A stretch of 59,268 nucleotides of DNA, counting the filler, from Sphacelaria rigidula (taxonomy: Eukaryota): the NCBI GenBank assembly GCA_964200075.2. It is 4 parts of 4 records of this genome, joined end to end, with 100 filler letters (N's around TTAATTAATTAA, not from the genome) between each part and the next. Parts side by side here need not be neighbours in the genome. Positions count along the whole stretch, not along the records: positions 44,529 to 59,268 come from CAXNAA020002071.1; 3 more parts are not named here. One strand, given 5' to 3'. This document shows positions 56,601 to 59,268 of this stretch, one piece after another. Made by a program: the position numbers and the translations under genes. Positions within the stretch are counted from its first letter, which is position 1; each line of letters begins with the position of its first letter. The notes beneath the pieces were generated by a model that searched no databases, was not told the DNA's origin, and saw nothing but the letters and a program-made list of their open reading frames with translations.

Positions 56601-57989
56601 GATTTAGGCGCCGAAGATCGACCACAGGTATGATGTTCGCAGCACGCCGACTTCAGGAGTTGAGACGGGCGAGAAATGTCCTGCTACACCTGTGCTTTAT
56701 CAATCTGCAGAAAGCCGACGATTCCGTAGGCCGCGCGCTCCTGGGGGAAGTGCTTGCTCGGTTCGGAGTCCCGTCGCGAATGACCACGATCATCCGTGTG
56801 TTTCACGACGGTATGAGAGCTCGAGTACAGCTAGATAGTGGCGAACTATATGCGTGGTTCCACGTCTGCCAGGGACTCAAGACAAGGTTGCGTGTCGTCC
56901 CCGCTGTTGTTCAACATCTTTGGAGCAGGCTTGGTGGAAGTGATCGTCCAGCGGTTTGCGGCGGCCCCACTCATCGTCTCATATTTGGTCTTTTTAGATG
57001 ATGCGCCAAGAGACGACAGTGGCACAAGCTCCGTTGAATGGGTGTGCCACAAAGACGCTACGTTCTGAGGAACTCGATGTTCTGCAGACTGCCCATCACA
57101 AGCTCTTGCTGCGAGTGGTCGGATTCCGCAGGAAAGATCAGAATGGCTACAAGACTCTTTCGTACAGAGTGGTGCTCGAGATGACCAGCTGCGAACGTAT
57201 CGAGACGACTATCCGCAAACGTCAACTCTGCTTCGCGGGAGCTCTTGTCCGGCAGAAGGACACACGCCTTCTTAAGCGCGTAACAAACGGTCGGTGAACC
57301 GCACGAGGGCCCAAGGAGGCCGGCCGCCCTCCCAAGCAATGGGAGGATACCTTAAAGGAGAACCTACGTGCACTAGGGGCTGTCCCGCACAAGAGAGCCC
57401 GACAGAAATGGTTCGTGTACGGTGTAGAGGTTAATGATGCATACGATTGGGTCACTGCGGCGAAGAACATGGGCAAATGGCATATTGGAGTCGAAAAGGG
57501 AGCGGAAGAGTTTGAGGACACGTGGCGACGCACGGACAAACGAGATTGAGACCGCCGACACAAACGAGAGGCTGCTGCGTCGAGGGCCGCCAATCGAAGA
57601 ATCCTGTCTGCTCATATTGGTTGATGATTATGTTCTTATTCGGTGACTCTGCGGTACTCCACTGTGTGTGTCTCTATCTACTCTGCTAACCTGAATCTCC
57701 GGGGCTTTTTCCTTTTTCTTTTTTCCTTTTGCTCTTTTCTTTTCTTCTCCGTTTTCGTGTCTCAGACCGGCCATTTCTTTCTGTGCTTTGCTTTTGTTGA
57801 CTTTTTATTCATTTTTTTTCACGTCGTAGTCTACTATGCCATCATGTTCGATTTTTTCTATTCCTTCTTCTCCTTCGACAAGTGTTTCAGTATTGTGTTG
57901 GCTTGTCTTGGGTACCTATATCATGTGACCACGGCTGAATCCCTGAGGGGTAAGTTGAAGTGCGACAACCAATCAATCAATCAATCAAT
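53627..57989 (+). mobile_element. Near full-length degenerate RTE-like LINE (APE endonuclease + RT) with an internal deletion, a MITE insertion and a (CAAT)n tail; 5' boundary approximate
   Basis: APE motifs KVASYNVRTL, DVIGLRETRR, MDANAKTG, DYILTR and SDYN. RT motifs KATGPDDIPAEILK, YRGISL, FINLQKADD and RQGCVSSPLLFN. The YADD region is missing. Pyrimidine-rich 3' UTR, tail at 57966-57989. Confidence 0.92.
54382..54968. mobile_element. Stowaway/mariner-like MITE (587 bp) inserted in the LINE endonuclease
   Basis: Perfect 32-bp TIR cttcctctgtcacataagttaggaccgaattt with TA on both sides. Removing it restores AGQYGVILAVKESII. Confidence 0.93.
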
Positions 57990-58171
57990 GCTGCAAAGCT
58001 TTGGCCAGAATACTCACGGCTCTCTCATGCATGCTGGACCTGTACGATGTGTTCACACATGGTATCGTAGGGTGATGCGACAAACTTGACACAGGTACGT
58101 AATGTTGCAAGGTTGTGTTCTGTAGGGTACGGTTTTCTGTATACCCGGGGTATTTCCCCGCGTATTCACCG

Positions 58172-58560
58172 TACACGACAGTTCTGTGACTTCTGTAAGA
58201 CTTTTATACCGGTACCCGACAGTTCTGTAATCTCTGTAAGACTTTCATACCGGTACCCGATAGTTCTGTAATCTCTGTAAGACTACCGTACCGTTACCGG
58301 GGGCACGGGTACGCACTTGATAAGATACCTAATTGCGGGTACGGTTTTCTGGGCAACCTCCATACCCTACCCGACAGTTTCTGTAAGTTCTGTAAGTCTC
58401 CCATACCATTACCCGACAGTCCTGTGACTTCTGTACATCATATTTACCCGTACCCGGAGCACGGGTATGCTCTTGAAGAAATACCCGATTGCCGGTACTG
58501 GTTTTCTGTAAGACGTTCATTCAGTACCGGTACCCGACAGTTCTGTGAGCGGTGTAAGCC
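58172..58560. repeat. Cluster of about 41-bp repeats (ggtacccgacagttctgtaatctctgtaagact)
   Basis: Three tandem units at 58172-58290 and further diverged copies near 58367, 58410 and 58529. Confidence 0.8.
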
Positions 58561-58649
58561 TCTCATATCCCTACCCGGGGTTAGGGTATACCGTCATAGA
58601 TATACCCGATTGCAGGTATAAGCACAGGTATACATACCTTGCGGAGGTA

Positions 58650-59268
58650 GTACTTATCCGCCAATTCCGCGACGGTATGCAGGCCTGCGTACGCATGGAC
58701 GACGGGGAGCCCTCGGAGTGGTTTGAAGTCAGACAAAGACTGCGACAAGGATGTGTACTGTCTCCCCTACTGTTCAACATCTTCTTCGCGGCAGTGCTCG
58801 AGATAGTCCTCGTGCGATTCAGCGAAGATGATATCATCGTCAAGGACATGGTATATCTCGATGAGGGGACGGGGAGGGGGGCGGAGACACCACTGGAACG
58901 TGTACGGAGAGCGGTATGGGGAATACTGTATGCCGACGATGCCGGCGTCATCTCGAGATCCCCCGACGGACTGGCGAAGATGATGACCATCATAGTGGAC
59001 GTGTTTGGGGCCTTTGGACTGACCGTATCGGAGAAGAAGACGAACTCTCTTGATGCGAGTGCCGAGGCAAGCACCAAAGTAGGGGGAGTCACCAACACCA
59101 TCTCCCCCACCGCTGACCATCGAAGCATCGGGCCAGAAATACGCCCAGAAAAGTAGTTTCCGATACTTAGGCGGGCTCGTCAACGAAGGGGGCGAACTCA
59201 AGCAAGAAATCAACAATCGGAGCAGAGCAGCGTGGGCGTGCATTAGGAAGTTCTCCCGGGAGCTCTTT
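58650..59268 (+). mobile_element. 5'-truncated RTE-like LINE RT fragment running off the window end
   Basis: LRQGCVLSPLLFNIFF, LYADD (YADD at 58929-58940), GLTVSEKKT, then a frameshift and FRYLG. Confidence 0.9.

Overview
Eukaryotic, intron-rich and transposon-rich DNA. The intron style and repeat families suggest a brown alga or other stramenopile (inference). The window is not one locus. It is four contigs of almost equal length (1-14743, 14844-29586, 29687-44428, 44529-59268) joined by identical artificial 100-bp spacers (44 N + TTAATTAATTAA + 44 N). Contig 1 is mostly a large degenerate Ty3/Gypsy retrotransposon. Contig 2 holds 14 phase-compatible exons (762 codons, both ends missing) of a cysteine-repeat (ephrin-receptor-like/GCC2-GCC3) extracellular protein gene on the minus strand, including one GC-AG intron, plus a LINE 3' end. 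Contig 3 is mostly MITEs, repeats, a Ty1/Copia relic and a few orphan exon candidates. Contig 4 holds four exons of a TraB-family gene (minus), RTE-like LINE copies and a Stowaway-like MITE. The most notable observations are tandem PAM2 (poly(A)-binding-protein-interacting) motifs at the N-terminus of an RTE-like LINE protein, a LINE family with C-rich tails and junctions, a mariner/Stowaway-like family with 32-bp TIRs, a degenerate but strictly phased 42-bp array, and a templated-insertion repair scar in the Gypsy gag. Family assignments come from motif recognition by eye, not database searches.
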